NCBI GenBank assembly: GCA_035482695.1
Contig: DATHQM010000054.1
Coordinates: forward strand, 460-64,459
DNA from: Steroidobacteraceae bacterium
GTDB taxonomy: Bacteria; Pseudomonadota; Gammaproteobacteria; Steroidobacterales; Steroidobacteraceae
Direction of reading: 5' to 3'
Length of the DNA: 64,000 bases
This document shows, piece after piece, positions 44,459 through 53,691 of this stretch. The stretch's first letter is position 1, and each line of letters opens with the position of its first letter. Position numbers and translations under genes: made by a program. The notes under the pieces are model-generated. The model had not been told where the DNA came from, did not search any database, and worked only from the letters and a program-made list of their open reading frames with translations.

Positions 44459-46327
44459 TTATTCTACTGCGAAGGTATAAAGCGTACCGCCCATCGGGAT
44501 CATGCTGAGGTTCGCAGCCTTGGTCATGGCCGTGGCGCCGATGGCTCCGAACTTATCGTTCAGGTCCAGTCCCGCCGTTACCGGCAGGCCGATCCAGCCG
44601 CCGATGCCGCTCCACACGGAAACGTACTGCTTGCCGTTGACGCTGTAGGTGATCGGGTTGCCGATGATTCCCGAGCCCAGACGCCGCTGCCACAGCACCT
44701 TGCCGCTGCTGCGATCGACCGCGCGGAAGTCGCCGTTCAGGCTGCCGTAGAACGCCAGCCCGCCGTCGGTCACCAGGGCGCCGCCCCAGTTCGGATACGG
44801 GTCGGGGATCTCCCACACGGTCTCACCGGTCAGCACGTTGAACTTCTTGAACTTGCCGGTGATGCCGGGCTTCTCCGGGTACATGTAGACGTTCGCGAAC
44901 ACGTACACGATGCCCTGCTGCGTGTGCGAGCGTTCCTGCGGCTCATCCTCCATGCACCAGTTGTTGGTCGGGCAATAGGCCATGCCGGGCTCGCTCGGAT
45001 CGATCGCGCACGGCTGCTGGTCCTTGCCGCCCATCGCCGAGGGGCACGCCTGGGTGTTGTCGTGCGGCTTCAGCGGCGAGTGCTCGAACACCCGCACGGG
45101 GCGACCGGTCTTCAGATCGACCTTTTCCGCCCAGTTGGTGGTCACGTACTTGTGAGCGCGCAGCAGCGTGCCGTCGGTACGATCGACCACATAGGCAAAG
45201 CCGTTGCGGTCGAAGTGGATCAGCACCTTGCGAGCCTTGCCGTCGACGGTGAGGTCTTCGAGCATGTTCTCGTTGATGCCGTCATAGTCCCACTGATCGA
45301 ACGGCGTCATCTGGTAGACCCATACGACTTCACCGGTATCGACCTTGCGGGCGAAGATCGACATCGACCACTTGTTGTCCCACTTGCCGTCGTTGCAGTC
45401 CTTCTGGGTGACAGGATTGGCACCGCAGCGGTACGAGGGGCTCCACAGACCGGGGTTGCCGCTCGAGGCATACACCAGCTTCAGCTCCGGATCGTAGCTG
45501 TACCAACCCCACATCGCGCCGCCACCACGCTTCCACTCATCACCCGGGTAGGTGGAAATGCCGACGTCTTTGCCGGCAGTACCGTACTCGGGATGCTTCT
45601 TGTTGGTGTCTTTCGTCAGACACACGTCCTTGTCGCTGCCGGTGTTGTAGCAATGCCAGATCAGCTTGCCCGTCTGCAGGTCGTAAGCAAAGAAAGCGCC
45701 ACGCGCCGCGAACTCGTCACCGCCGAAGCCGATGAGCACCTTGCCCTCGGCAATGATCGGCGCCGGCGTGATGGTCTCGCCCTTGTCCGGGAAGGCACTC
45801 TTGACGACCCACACTTCCTTGCCGGTCGCCGCGTTGAGCGCGATCACGAAGCCGTCGAGTGTGCCGAACACCAGCTTGCCGTCGGCAAAGGACATGCCGC
45901 GGTTCACCGTGTCGCAGCAGGCCCGCGGCACCGCCGAATCATCGCGATTGCTGGTCTTCTTGTAGTTCCAGATCTCTTTCGGATGGTCGGCATCGCTCAG
46001 ATCGAGCGCCTGGATGATGTTCGGCCAGCCGCTCTCCATGTACATCATGGGCTTGCCGTTGACGACCACCACCAGAGGCTGACCCTCGTGACCGCGCAGC
46101 GTGCCGCTCGACTGCGACCACACCATCTGCAGGTGCGACACGTTGGAGGCGTTGATGGACTTGAGCGCGCTGTGGCGGGTCAGGGCATGATCGCCGCCCG
46201 GGGCTGCCCACAGATTGGGGTCCTTCGAGCGGTCGTTCACTTCGTCCCCAATTGCCGCCGCGCAGGACGCTCCCAGTGCCAGCGCGGCACACAGGATGCG
46301 CAGGCTTGTATCGCGTTCGGATCGCAT
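44459..46327 (-). CDS. xoxF: PQQ-dependent methanol/ethanol dehydrogenase, XoxF (lanthanide-dependent) type
   Basis: Signal peptide. Vicinal disulfide PRACCDTVNRG. PQQ-propeller W-motifs. The diagnostic stretch DQWDYDGINENML carries Asp at the position that is Ala in Ca-dependent MxaF. Confidence 0.9.
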   Translation of the reverse strand: MRSERDTSLRILCAALALGASCAAAIGDEVNDRSKDPNLWAAPGGDHALTRHSALKSINASNVSHLQMVWSQSSGTLRGHEGQPLVVVVNGKPMMYMESGWPNIIQALDLSDADHPKEIWNYKKTSNRDDSAVPRACCDTVNRGMSFADGKLVFGTLDGFVIALNAATGKEVWVVKSAFPDKGETITPAPIIAEGKVLIGFGGDEFAARGAFFAYDLQTGKLIWHCYNTGSDKDVCLTKDTNKKHPEYGTAGKDVGISTYPGDEWKRGGGAMWGWYSYDPELKLVYASSGNPGLWSPSYRCGANPVTQKDCNDGKWDNKWSMSIFARKVDTGEVVWVYQMTPFDQWDYDGINENMLEDLTVDGKARKVLIHFDRNGFAYVVDRTDGTLLRAHKYVTTNWAEKVDLKTGRPVRVFEHSPLKPHDNTQACPSAMGGKDQQPCAIDPSEPGMAYCPTNNWCMEDEPQERSHTQQGIVYVFANVYMYPEKPGITGKFKKFNVLTGETVWEIPDPYPNWGGALVTDGGLAFYGSLNGDFRAVDRSSGKVLWQRRLGSGIIGNPITYSVNGKQYVSVWSGIGGWIGLPVTAGLDLNDKFGAIGATAMTKAANLSMIPMGGTLYTFAVE

Positions 46328-46538
46328 ACGCAGTTCTCCTAGACTCGAGTTATATCGTTCGGTATGTCCAGCATTGCCGGCGAGCGCCAGTTCGCAGCTG
46401 CGCGTTGGTCGGCCGCAACCTTCGTCCTCCCCACAGACCCCGTCTTCCCCTTTGAAGTTAATAATTTAGGCGCAATATCCTAGTCCCATTCCCCCGGTCA
46501 TGCAGCCGGACGGTGCAGGCGCCGAGTCCGCCACAAAC

Positions 46539-46558
46539 CTGTGTCACAAATGACACAG
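46539..46558. promoter_or_regulatory. perfect 8-bp inverted repeat CTGTGTCA-CAAA-TGACACAG between porin and xoxF
   Basis: Lies 100 nt after the porin stop and about 212 nt before the xoxF ATG. On the transcribed (minus) strand the hairpin is followed by GTTTGTGG. Confidence 0.4.
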
Positions 46559-46657
46559 TTGCCGATCCGTCACGCTCGTACCCTCGCGGCCACACGCTGG
46601 TGCCGCCGGCCGGGCGTTGTCGACCGGCGGCGGCACTGCGTCGCTCCTGATGACCTT

Positions 46658-47956
46658 CTAAAAGCCGAGAAACGCCCCGATGTTGATCGTCGTCGCATCG
46701 TTGCTCCCGGCGCTGCTCTCGCTCTTCGTGCGGCTGCCTTCCGCCAGCAGCATGAGATTCTTGGTGAGCGAGTAATACACCCCGATCGTGCCCTTGCGGT
46801 TGCTGCGCACCATATCGGGATTCGCCGCCTGGTCGAGCGAATTGGCGTAGTCGAGATTGCTCGCGCCGTAGTTCGCACCCAGTTTCACCGCGCCGAACTT
46901 GTACGTGACCTGTGCCAGGTAACCGTTCGAGGTTCGCGTTGAGTTGTCGAAGTCACCGAGGTTGAACAGTGCCGTCGTGCCCAGCCCGGTGGCATGGTAG
47001 TAGTAGCCGATGACTTCCAGGTCCTGCATGTCGAACTTGGCGAAGATGTCCTCGCCGGTGCCGGTGTACTGGTTGGTGGTCGTGGCGGGCGGGGGCGTCA
47101 GGTTCGGCACCTCGTAGTCCTGTTGCTGCGTGATGGCCGCCACGGAGAGGTAGAACTTCGTGCCCTCGGCGATCGGCAGCGTGTAGGCGAGCTTGGCGTG
47201 AAAGCCGGGGGCCTTCTTCGGCTCCACGGCACCAGCGTCGCTGAGCGAATTGAGCGGGTCGAAGATACCCACGGTCAGCGCGAAGCCCGAAAGGTCAGGC
47301 GTCGTGTAGTCGATCTGCGCCAGCCAGTCGGTGTAGATGTAGCCGAAGCCGATGCCACCAAGGGTGGTGTTGGCAGGCGCCGCCGAGGCGGCCGAGCCGG
47401 GTGCGCCCACACCCACCAGCGTCATGTCATTGAGAATGACGTCCGCACCGAACAGCCCGATCTGGCGGCCGAGGGTGAAGGTGCCCATGTCCTTGTTGCC
47501 GAAGGTCATGTAGACCTGGCGGATATCGAGGCCGGTGGAACCGAGCGCCGTGTTCGACGAGCCGTTGGTAGTGCCGGCCTGCAGATTAGGGCTGCCGCCG
47601 TCGTTGGTGGCGATGCCCGGGTAGAGGCCAAGGTGTGCCGCCAGGTCGATGCCGTCCTGCGTCGTGGAAACACCGAACGTGAAGGCCGCGGGCAACAGGC
47701 CGTTGCCGACGTTCGAAACGTTGCTGCTCGAGGCAGAGCCCACGCACGTCAGGCCGCCGGCGACCGCGACCGCGCTCGTCGCGCTCTGGCAGCTCGACCA
47801 GATGTAATCGACGTTCACTTCGCCGTCGACGGAAAAAGTCCACGATCCGTCTGCGGTCTTCAGGTCCACCGCTCCGGCCGGGAGCGCCAGGGCCGCAAGA
47901 CATGCCCCGGCCACCGTGGTGCGCAGGATCCGTCGAGTCAAGAAAGTGCTCTTCAT
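46658..47956 (-). CDS. outer-membrane porin (general Gram-negative porin type)
   Basis: GGGGAG RBS then ATG 47956. Signal peptide ends PAGA-VD. Alternating beta-strand pattern and a C-terminal ...INIGAFLGF. Confidence 0.85.
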   Translation of the reverse strand: MKSTFLTRRILRTTVAGACLAALALPAGAVDLKTADGSWTFSVDGEVNVDYIWSSCQSATSAVAVAGGLTCVGSASSSNVSNVGNGLLPAAFTFGVSTTQDGIDLAAHLGLYPGIATNDGGSPNLQAGTTNGSSNTALGSTGLDIRQVYMTFGNKDMGTFTLGRQIGLFGADVILNDMTLVGVGAPGSAASAAPANTTLGGIGFGYIYTDWLAQIDYTTPDLSGFALTVGIFDPLNSLSDAGAVEPKKAPGFHAKLAYTLPIAEGTKFYLSVAAITQQQDYEVPNLTPPPATTTNQYTGTGEDIFAKFDMQDLEVIGYYYHATGLGTTALFNLGDFDNSTRTSNGYLAQVTYKFGAVKLGANYGASNLDYANSLDQAANPDMVRSNRKGTIGVYYSLTKNLMLLAEGSRTKSESSAGSNDATTINIGAFLGF

Positions 47957-48027
47957 TGCATTACTCCCCACAGGTTGTCCCTCGTGATACGGCAGTGCGC
48001 GGCAGCGCAGCCACTGAAGACTGCGGT

Positions 48028-48043
48028 AGCAAGGCACATGCCA
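48028..48043 (-). promoter_or_regulatory. sigma54 (-24/-12) promoter upstream of the porin gene
   Basis: Minus strand reads TGGCATGTGCCTTGCT. GG and GC are separated by exactly 10 nt, and 13 of the 14 specified positions match the consensus TGGCAC-N5-TTGCW. The predicted transcription start is about 60 nt upstream of ATG 47956. Confidence 0.65.
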
Positions 48044-48241
48044 CCGTACGTTGTAATAGCGCAACATCTAGTGTACATGAGGAACAACGACTTATGCCCA
48101 GACTTCTGCGGGCGAAAGGCTGCAATTGTCAGAAAGGCTACAGTGTGACGCGCTTAGTGTTGCGAAAATGTCCCACTGTGCGTGGCCACGGCTACGCTCG
48201 CGCGCCACGGCGATGCCTCGAGGCGGCGCACGCCGTGCGAG

Positions 48242-51200
48242 CTAGCGTCGCAGCCATCGCGCCGCGAGCGGCGGCACCAGCACCAGGCTCACGAAGGTCG
48301 AGGAGACCAGGCCGCCGAGGATCACGACCGCCATCGGGCCTTCGATCTCGTGGCCGGGCGCGCGGCTTTGCAGCGCCACCGGCAACAGCGCGAACGCGGT
48401 GAGCAAAGCGGTGAGCAGCACGGGGGTGAGCCGCTCTTCTGCGCCGCGCAGCGCCGTCGCCACTCCCCAGGGCGCGCCCTCGACGCTCACCAGGTGCTCG
48501 TAGTGCGAGATCAAAAGGATCGTGTTGCGCGCGGCCATGCCGAACAGCGCCACGAAGCCGACCATCGCCCCGAGCGAGAGCGTGCCTCCCGCGAGCGCCA
48601 CGGCGGCGACACCGCCGATCAGCGTGCTCGGCAGCGCCGCGAGCACCAGCAGCACGTGGCGGCTGTGACCGAAGGCGAGCGCGAGCAGCAGCACGATCAG
48701 CACGAGCGCGGCGGCTGAATGCCACAACAGCTCGCGTGCCGCCGCCGCCTGCGCCGGTGCGGTGCCGCCGTAACGCAGGTACACGTTCGGCGGGAGCTTC
48801 ACGCGCGCGGCGATGGCCTGGTGCGCGGCACGGGCAAAGCCGGCCTGGTCGGAAGTTGTGGGACTGGCGATCACCACCTGGCGGCGCAGCCCGTCCTGGT
48901 GCTCGATGAGACTGCGTGCCGACACCATGGTGAGCGTCGCCACGTCTGCGAGCGGCACCATGACGCCGTCGCGGCCGCGCACGCGCAGCTCGCGCACATC
49001 CTCCGGGCTCGCACCGGCAGCGGCGATGCGCACCACGACCGGCACGCTGCGGTCGGACTCATTGAGCTGCGCCACCTCGGTGCCGTGATAGGCGGCGTTC
49101 AGCACGCCGAGCACGTCGGCAGCCTGCAGTCCGTAGAGGCTGAGCTGCCCGGGCCGCAACTGCACCTGCAGCTCGGGCTGGCGCGGCGGCACCTCGAGGC
49201 GCACGGTGCCGCTCTCTCGCCACTGGCGCAGCAGCGTCGCGATCTCGCCCGCCACCTCATCGTCGCGGTCCAGGTCCGGGCCGAAGACGCTGACGAAGAA
49301 CGGCGCCACTTCGCCCGAGAGGGTTTCGCCGATTCGCTCGGCGAGCACCGAGTAGATCTCGACCAGCTGGTTCGGGAACTGATCAAACACCGCGCGCACC
49401 CGTGATTCGAGCTGCTCGATCGTGACGCCGCGTGCAGGATCCAGCTGGATCTCGAACTCGCTCTTGTTCGGCGCATCCGGATCCTGGCCGTTTTCCGCGC
49501 GGCCGATCTGCTCGGCGACACTCTTCACCCCGGGAATCGCCACCAGCCGCGCGGCGATGCGCTCCCCGACGCGCGAGGTCTCGGTGAGCGAGATGCCGGG
49601 GCGCAACGCGGCGTGCGCGATCAGGTAATTCTCGCGGAAATCCGGCAGCAGCCGTGCCCCGAGCAGCGGCAGCAGCGCGAGCCCGGCCGCACCGCTCAGC
49701 AGGATCGCGCCGAGCACCAGCGGGGCGCGCGGTGCCAGACGCGCGATGGCCCGCTGCTGCCAGCGCTTCGCCTGCCGCAGCCACGCCGGCTCCTCCCGCG
49801 GCACGTAGCCGTGCATGAGCAGCGCGCACAGCGCCGGGGTGGCACTCATCGCCACCAGCAGCGACAGGCCGACCGCCAGCAGGAAGGCGGTCGCCAGCGG
49901 CCGGAAGAAGGCCCCCTGCAGCCCCGACAGCATGAGGATCGGCAGGAACGCGACCGCCACCGCCGCGGTGGCGAAGAACACCGGGCGGCGCACCTCGAGC
50001 GAGGCATCCAGGAGCAGCGCTCCCAGCGGCACCCCGGCGCCGGCCGCGCGCCGCCGCCGGGTGATGTTCTCGACGTCGATGACCGCATCGTCGACCACCA
50101 CCCCGAGCGCCACCACCAGGCCGCCGAGGCTCATGGTGTTCAGCGACCACCCGCCGAGGCTCAGGATCCACACCGTGGCGAGCAGCGACACCGGGATGGC
50201 GCCGAAGGAGATGAGCGCGCCGCGCCAGTCGCGCAGCGTGAGCAGCAGCAGCACCACCACCAGCAACGCGCCGACGGCCAGGGAGTTGCGCAGCTTGCCG
50301 ATCGCGCTCTCGATGAAGCTCGCCGGGCGCAGCAGCGCCGGATGGTACTGCACGCCGCGCTGCGCCAGCGCCGGCACCAGCGCCTGCAGCCGCTGCTCCA
50401 GCTCACGCGTGACGTCGAGCGTGTTGGCGCCGTACTGCGTGGATGTCTCCACCAGGATGCCGGGGTGTGCGCCGATGATCGCGTCGCCGAAGCGAGGTGC
50501 GGCGCCGTCGCGCACCTGCGCCACGTCGGCGAGGCGGATGGGCACGCCGCCACGGCTCGCGATCACCGTCTGCCCGAGCTCGTCCGGCGAGGTACCCGGC
50601 GGCTGCGCCTGCACGACGATGCGCTGCGTGGCGGACTCGAGGTAGCCGCCGCCGGTCATCTGTGTGCCGCGGCGCGCCGCCTCGAACACATCCTCGAGGC
50701 CGACACCGAGCGCGGCGAGCTTCACCGGGTCCACCAGCAGCTGCCGCTCGCGCGAGTCGCCGCCGAAGATCTGCACCTGCGCGACCCCGGGCACGCCGAG
50801 AATCTGCGGCTTCAGGGTCCAGCGGACCAGGTCGCGCAGCTCGAGCGGCGAGAGCCGCTCGCTGGTGAAACCGAAATGCAGCAGATACTCCATCGAGGAG
50901 CTCAGCGGCGAGAGCAGTGGCGCACCGACGCCGGCGGGCAGCAGTGCGGCCGCACCGGCGAGGCGCTCGGTGATCACCTGGCGCTGCAGGTAAGGGTCGC
51001 TGTCGCGGCCGAACACCACCTGGATGGCCGCCAGGCCCTGGCTCGACGTCGAGCGCACCGCCTCGACGTTCTCCGCGCCGGAGAGCAGGTCCTCGAGCGG
51101 CCGCGTCACCAGCGACTCGACCTGGGTCGCATCCAGTCCCGGCGCCTCGGCCTGCACCAGCACGTGCGGCGGGGCGAAATCGGGAAACACGTCGAGCCGC

Positions 51201-51301
51201 GCGGTGAGCAGTGCGCCGACGCCGAGCAGCGCGATGAGCAGCGAGAGTGCGGTCACGATGCGAGGATTGGCGAGCGAGCCGCGAACGATGGTGGCGAGCA
51301 T
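48242..51301 (-). CDS. CzcA/CusA family heavy-metal efflux RND transporter
   Basis: 1019-aa, 12-TM RND architecture with two large periplasmic loops. N-terminus MLATIVRGSLANPRIVTALSLLIALLG...FPDFAPP is typical of the HME-RND family. ATG 51301. Confidence 0.9.
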   Translation of the reverse strand: MLATIVRGSLANPRIVTALSLLIALLGVGALLTARLDVFPDFAPPHVLVQAEAPGLDATQVESLVTRPLEDLLSGAENVEAVRSTSSQGLAAIQVVFGRDSDPYLQRQVITERLAGAAALLPAGVGAPLLSPLSSSMEYLLHFGFTSERLSPLELRDLVRWTLKPQILGVPGVAQVQIFGGDSRERQLLVDPVKLAALGVGLEDVFEAARRGTQMTGGGYLESATQRIVVQAQPPGTSPDELGQTVIASRGGVPIRLADVAQVRDGAAPRFGDAIIGAHPGILVETSTQYGANTLDVTRELEQRLQALVPALAQRGVQYHPALLRPASFIESAIGKLRNSLAVGALLVVVLLLLTLRDWRGALISFGAIPVSLLATVWILSLGGWSLNTMSLGGLVVALGVVVDDAVIDVENITRRRRAAGAGVPLGALLLDASLEVRRPVFFATAAVAVAFLPILMLSGLQGAFFRPLATAFLLAVGLSLLVAMSATPALCALLMHGYVPREEPAWLRQAKRWQQRAIARLAPRAPLVLGAILLSGAAGLALLPLLGARLLPDFRENYLIAHAALRPGISLTETSRVGERIAARLVAIPGVKSVAEQIGRAENGQDPDAPNKSEFEIQLDPARGVTIEQLESRVRAVFDQFPNQLVEIYSVLAERIGETLSGEVAPFFVSVFGPDLDRDDEVAGEIATLLRQWRESGTVRLEVPPRQPELQVQLRPGQLSLYGLQAADVLGVLNAAYHGTEVAQLNESDRSVPVVVRIAAAGASPEDVRELRVRGRDGVMVPLADVATLTMVSARSLIEHQDGLRRQVVIASPTTSDQAGFARAAHQAIAARVKLPPNVYLRYGGTAPAQAAAARELLWHSAAALVLIVLLLALAFGHSRHVLLVLAALPSTLIGGVAAVALAGGTLSLGAMVGFVALFGMAARNTILLISHYEHLVSVEGAPWGVATALRGAEERLTPVLLTALLTAFALLPVALQSRAPGHEIEGPMAVVILGGLVSSTFVSLVLVPPLAARWLRR

Positions 51302-51306
51302 GGGCG

Positions 51307-52299
51307 CTAGTCGTGTTCCTCTTCGGCGGCCGAGAAGCTGTTGATCCCCTGCAGCGACCACAACACGCCCGCGCCCTGAACGACGACCTGGTCATCGCCC
51401 GCCAGGCCCTCGACCAGCCACGCGCCGCCCACGCGCGCGACCGGTCGCACCGCCGCCGCGGCGTAACTGAAGCTGCCCGCCGCGGCCGCGTTCACCCGCC
51501 GATAGACGTAGGCGCCCTCGGCGGCGTAGAGCAGCGACGCGGCCGGCACCAGCAGCCCGGTGGCGGCGGCGCCCTGCAGCCGCACGCGCACGCGCGCGCC
51601 GGGACCTAAGCCCGGCGGCGCACGCTCGAGCTGCAGCAGCCAGCCGGCGCTCTGCGTCTGCGCGTCGATGCGCGGCAGTGCGCCGAGCACGCGCGCGGCG
51701 AGCTGCGTGCCGTCGACCTCCAGCAGCGCGCGCTGACCGATCGCACTGCCGAACGCATGCCCGGGCGCGTCGGCACGCAGCAGGAGCTGCCGGGCGTCGG
51801 TCAGGGCGCTGAGCAGCGTGGCGCGCGCCGCGGGGCTCCAGGCGGCGAGCGGGCCCCACTGCAGCCGGAATGTGAGCTCCGCGGCCCGCGCCTGCGCGCC
51901 GCTCTCGGCGGACTGGGCCTGCGCCGCCTGCCACGTCTTGAGCGATGCCTGCTGATCCTCGCGGTATAGATGCTCGAGGCGCGCCGCGTCGGCGCCCGCG
52001 GCCGCGGCGGCCGCGCGGGTACTCTCCATGCGGCCGAGGTCACTCACCAGTGTCACCGGATCGAGGACCGTGCCGAACGCCTCGATCTCAACCGGCGCGC
52101 GCAGCGGCAGCGGACGCTCGATGCGAATGCCGACGGCGTCCTGCTGCGCGAGCGTCAGTGACAGCGGCCCCGCCGGTGTGGCGGCCGGCGGCGGCGCGTC
52201 GTCGGTGTCGGCGAACGCCGCTGCGGCTGCCAGCGCGAGCACTACGCACAGCGACCGGCTGAGAACGATCACGATGACGGCGCGGATGGCGTCGGCCAT
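51307..52299 (-). CDS. efflux RND periplasmic adaptor (membrane fusion protein)
   Basis: ATG 52299 (MADAIRAVIVIVLSRSLCVVLALAAAA...), an Ala-rich coiled-coil segment, and a beta-barrel-like C-terminus. Ends 5 nt before the RND pump start. The rest of track ORF 51307..53622 is shadow. Confidence 0.75.
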   Translation of the reverse strand: MADAIRAVIVIVLSRSLCVVLALAAAAAFADTDDAPPPAATPAGPLSLTLAQQDAVGIRIERPLPLRAPVEIEAFGTVLDPVTLVSDLGRMESTRAAAAAAGADAARLEHLYREDQQASLKTWQAAQAQSAESGAQARAAELTFRLQWGPLAAWSPAARATLLSALTDARQLLLRADAPGHAFGSAIGQRALLEVDGTQLAARVLGALPRIDAQTQSAGWLLQLERAPPGLGPGARVRVRLQGAAATGLLVPAASLLYAAEGAYVYRRVNAAAAGSFSYAAAAVRPVARVGGAWLVEGLAGDDQVVVQGAGVLWSLQGINSFSAAEEEHD

Positions 52300-53645
52300 A
52301 CACCCTCTTCGCCCTGCAACGGCCGCCGGTAGGCGTCCTCCAGCGAGCCGAACGCCAGCTGCGCGTTGTAGGCTGCCTGCAGCACCGCGAGCTGCGCCTC
52401 GGTGAGCGCGATCTGCGCGGCCAGCGCCTCGCTGCGATCGCCGGCGCCCGCCGCGAGCGCGCGCTGCTGCGATTGCTGCTGCCGCGCGGCAAGCGCGGCG
52501 AGGCTTGCGCTGTCGGCCCAGGCCTGCCGGGCTGCCGGCCAGGCACTCTCCGCGCTCTCGATCTCGGCGAAGATCCCGGCCTGCACCGCCTTCAGGTGCT
52601 CCCCGGCCACGGCGCGCCGTGCGAGCGCCTCGCCGATCTCGCCCTGGTGCTGATTGAAGAGCGGCAGCTCGAAGGACACCCCGACCGCGCTCTCTTGCGA
52701 GATGCTGGTGAGCGCCGGCTCGCGCAGCCCGTCGCCGCCCCAGGCGTAGGCGGGCGTGACGTGCAACTGCGGCCAGCGCCGCGCGGCCTCGCTGCGCAGG
52801 GCGAGCTCGGCGAGATCGTAGGCGCGCAGCGCCTGCACGATCTGCGGCCGGCCGATGAGTGCCGCGGTGCGCCAGCGCTCGGGGGTGGTGGCGCTCAAGG
52901 CGGCGATGGCCGCCCACTCGTCCCAGCGCAGCGGCGCCTCGCCGAGTGCCGCCGCAGGGACGCCGACCGCGGCGGCGAGGCGCACGCGCGCGTCGGCGCT
53001 GCGCGCCTGCGATTGCTGCAGGCGCTGCCGCGCCTGCTGCAGCTCGAGTTCGTCGCCGAGCAGCTGCGGGCGCGCGATGTCCCCGAGGGTGAGGCGACGC
53101 CGGTCGCCCTCGAGCAGCGACGCGCGCTCGCCGACCAGCGTGGCGAGCAGCGCCTGCTCGTCGTGCGCGGCGGCCGCATCGAGCAGCGCCAGGCGCAGCG
53201 TCGCGCGCACCTGCCAGAGCGTCTCGCTGAGATCGGATTCTGCCAGCGCGCTCTCGAGCGCCGCGCGCCGCCGCGCGCGCGAGCGCTCGCCGGGCTGGCC
53301 CAGCAGGAAATCGAGCGACACGCCGTACAGCCACGCGCCGCTGGTCGCCGCGCTCTTCAGGTAGTCGGCGAACAGCTCCATGGTGGGATTCGGCAGCTGC
53401 GCGGCGGTGCGCTCGGCGGCCGCCGCCGCCAGCACCTTGGCACGCTCTTCGGCGAGTCGTGGATTGAGCTGCAACGCGGCGGCGAGCCATTGCGCGAGGT
53501 CCCAGTCGCTCGCTGCCGCGGCCGGCCCGGGGACAGCGGCCTCGAGGCGGCGCGCGCTGAACTCCGCCAGCGTGGCGGCCGGTGCGAGCGGCGCCGGCGG
53601 CGGTGCGGAGGCACAGGCACACAGCAGCGCCGTGAGCAGCGGCAT
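52269..53645 (-). CDS. outer-membrane efflux lipoprotein (NodT/CzcC-like)
   Basis: Lipobox LLCAC after ATG 53645. Two TolC-type repeats rich in L/A/Q/R coiled coils. 3' end overlaps the adaptor gene start by 31 nt. Confidence 0.8.
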   Translation of the reverse strand: MPLLTALLCACASAPPPAPLAPAATLAEFSARRLEAAVPGPAAAASDWDLAQWLAAALQLNPRLAEERAKVLAAAAAERTAAQLPNPTMELFADYLKSAATSGAWLYGVSLDFLLGQPGERSRARRRAALESALAESDLSETLWQVRATLRLALLDAAAAHDEQALLATLVGERASLLEGDRRRLTLGDIARPQLLGDELELQQARQRLQQSQARSADARVRLAAAVGVPAAALGEAPLRWDEWAAIAALSATTPERWRTAALIGRPQIVQALRAYDLAELALRSEAARRWPQLHVTPAYAWGGDGLREPALTSISQESAVGVSFELPLFNQHQGEIGEALARRAVAGEHLKAVQAGIFAEIESAESAWPAARQAWADSASLAALAARQQQSQQRALAAGAGDRSEALAAQIALTEAQLAVLQAAYNAQLAFGSLEDAYRRPLQGEEGVWPTPSAPSS

Positions 53646-53691
53646 CGCAAGCCGCAGCGCCCGTGCCGCCACGCGCGCCGGCGCGGGCGCC

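Noticed and set aside
44123-46342. 739-aa + strand ORF opposite xoxF
   Set aside because: Antisense shadow of an unmistakable PQQ dehydrogenase. The same reasoning applies to 18282..19769, 40035..42077, 49613..51310, 54884..55966, 57075..58916 and 61913..63463.
46472-46488. sigma54-like element TGGGACTAGGATATTGC directly upstream of xoxF (minus strand)
   Set aside because: GG and GC are separated by 11 nt instead of the invariant 10, and the -24 box is degenerate. A second candidate (TGGCGCTCGCCGGCA, about 46382-46396) has 9-nt spacing. Neither is credible.
51307-53622. 771-aa ORF suggesting a giant adaptor protein
   Set aside because: Only the C-terminal 330 codons (from ATG 52299) look like a membrane fusion protein. 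The upstream part is Arg/Ala/Gly junk overlapping the real outer-membrane factor gene in another frame.
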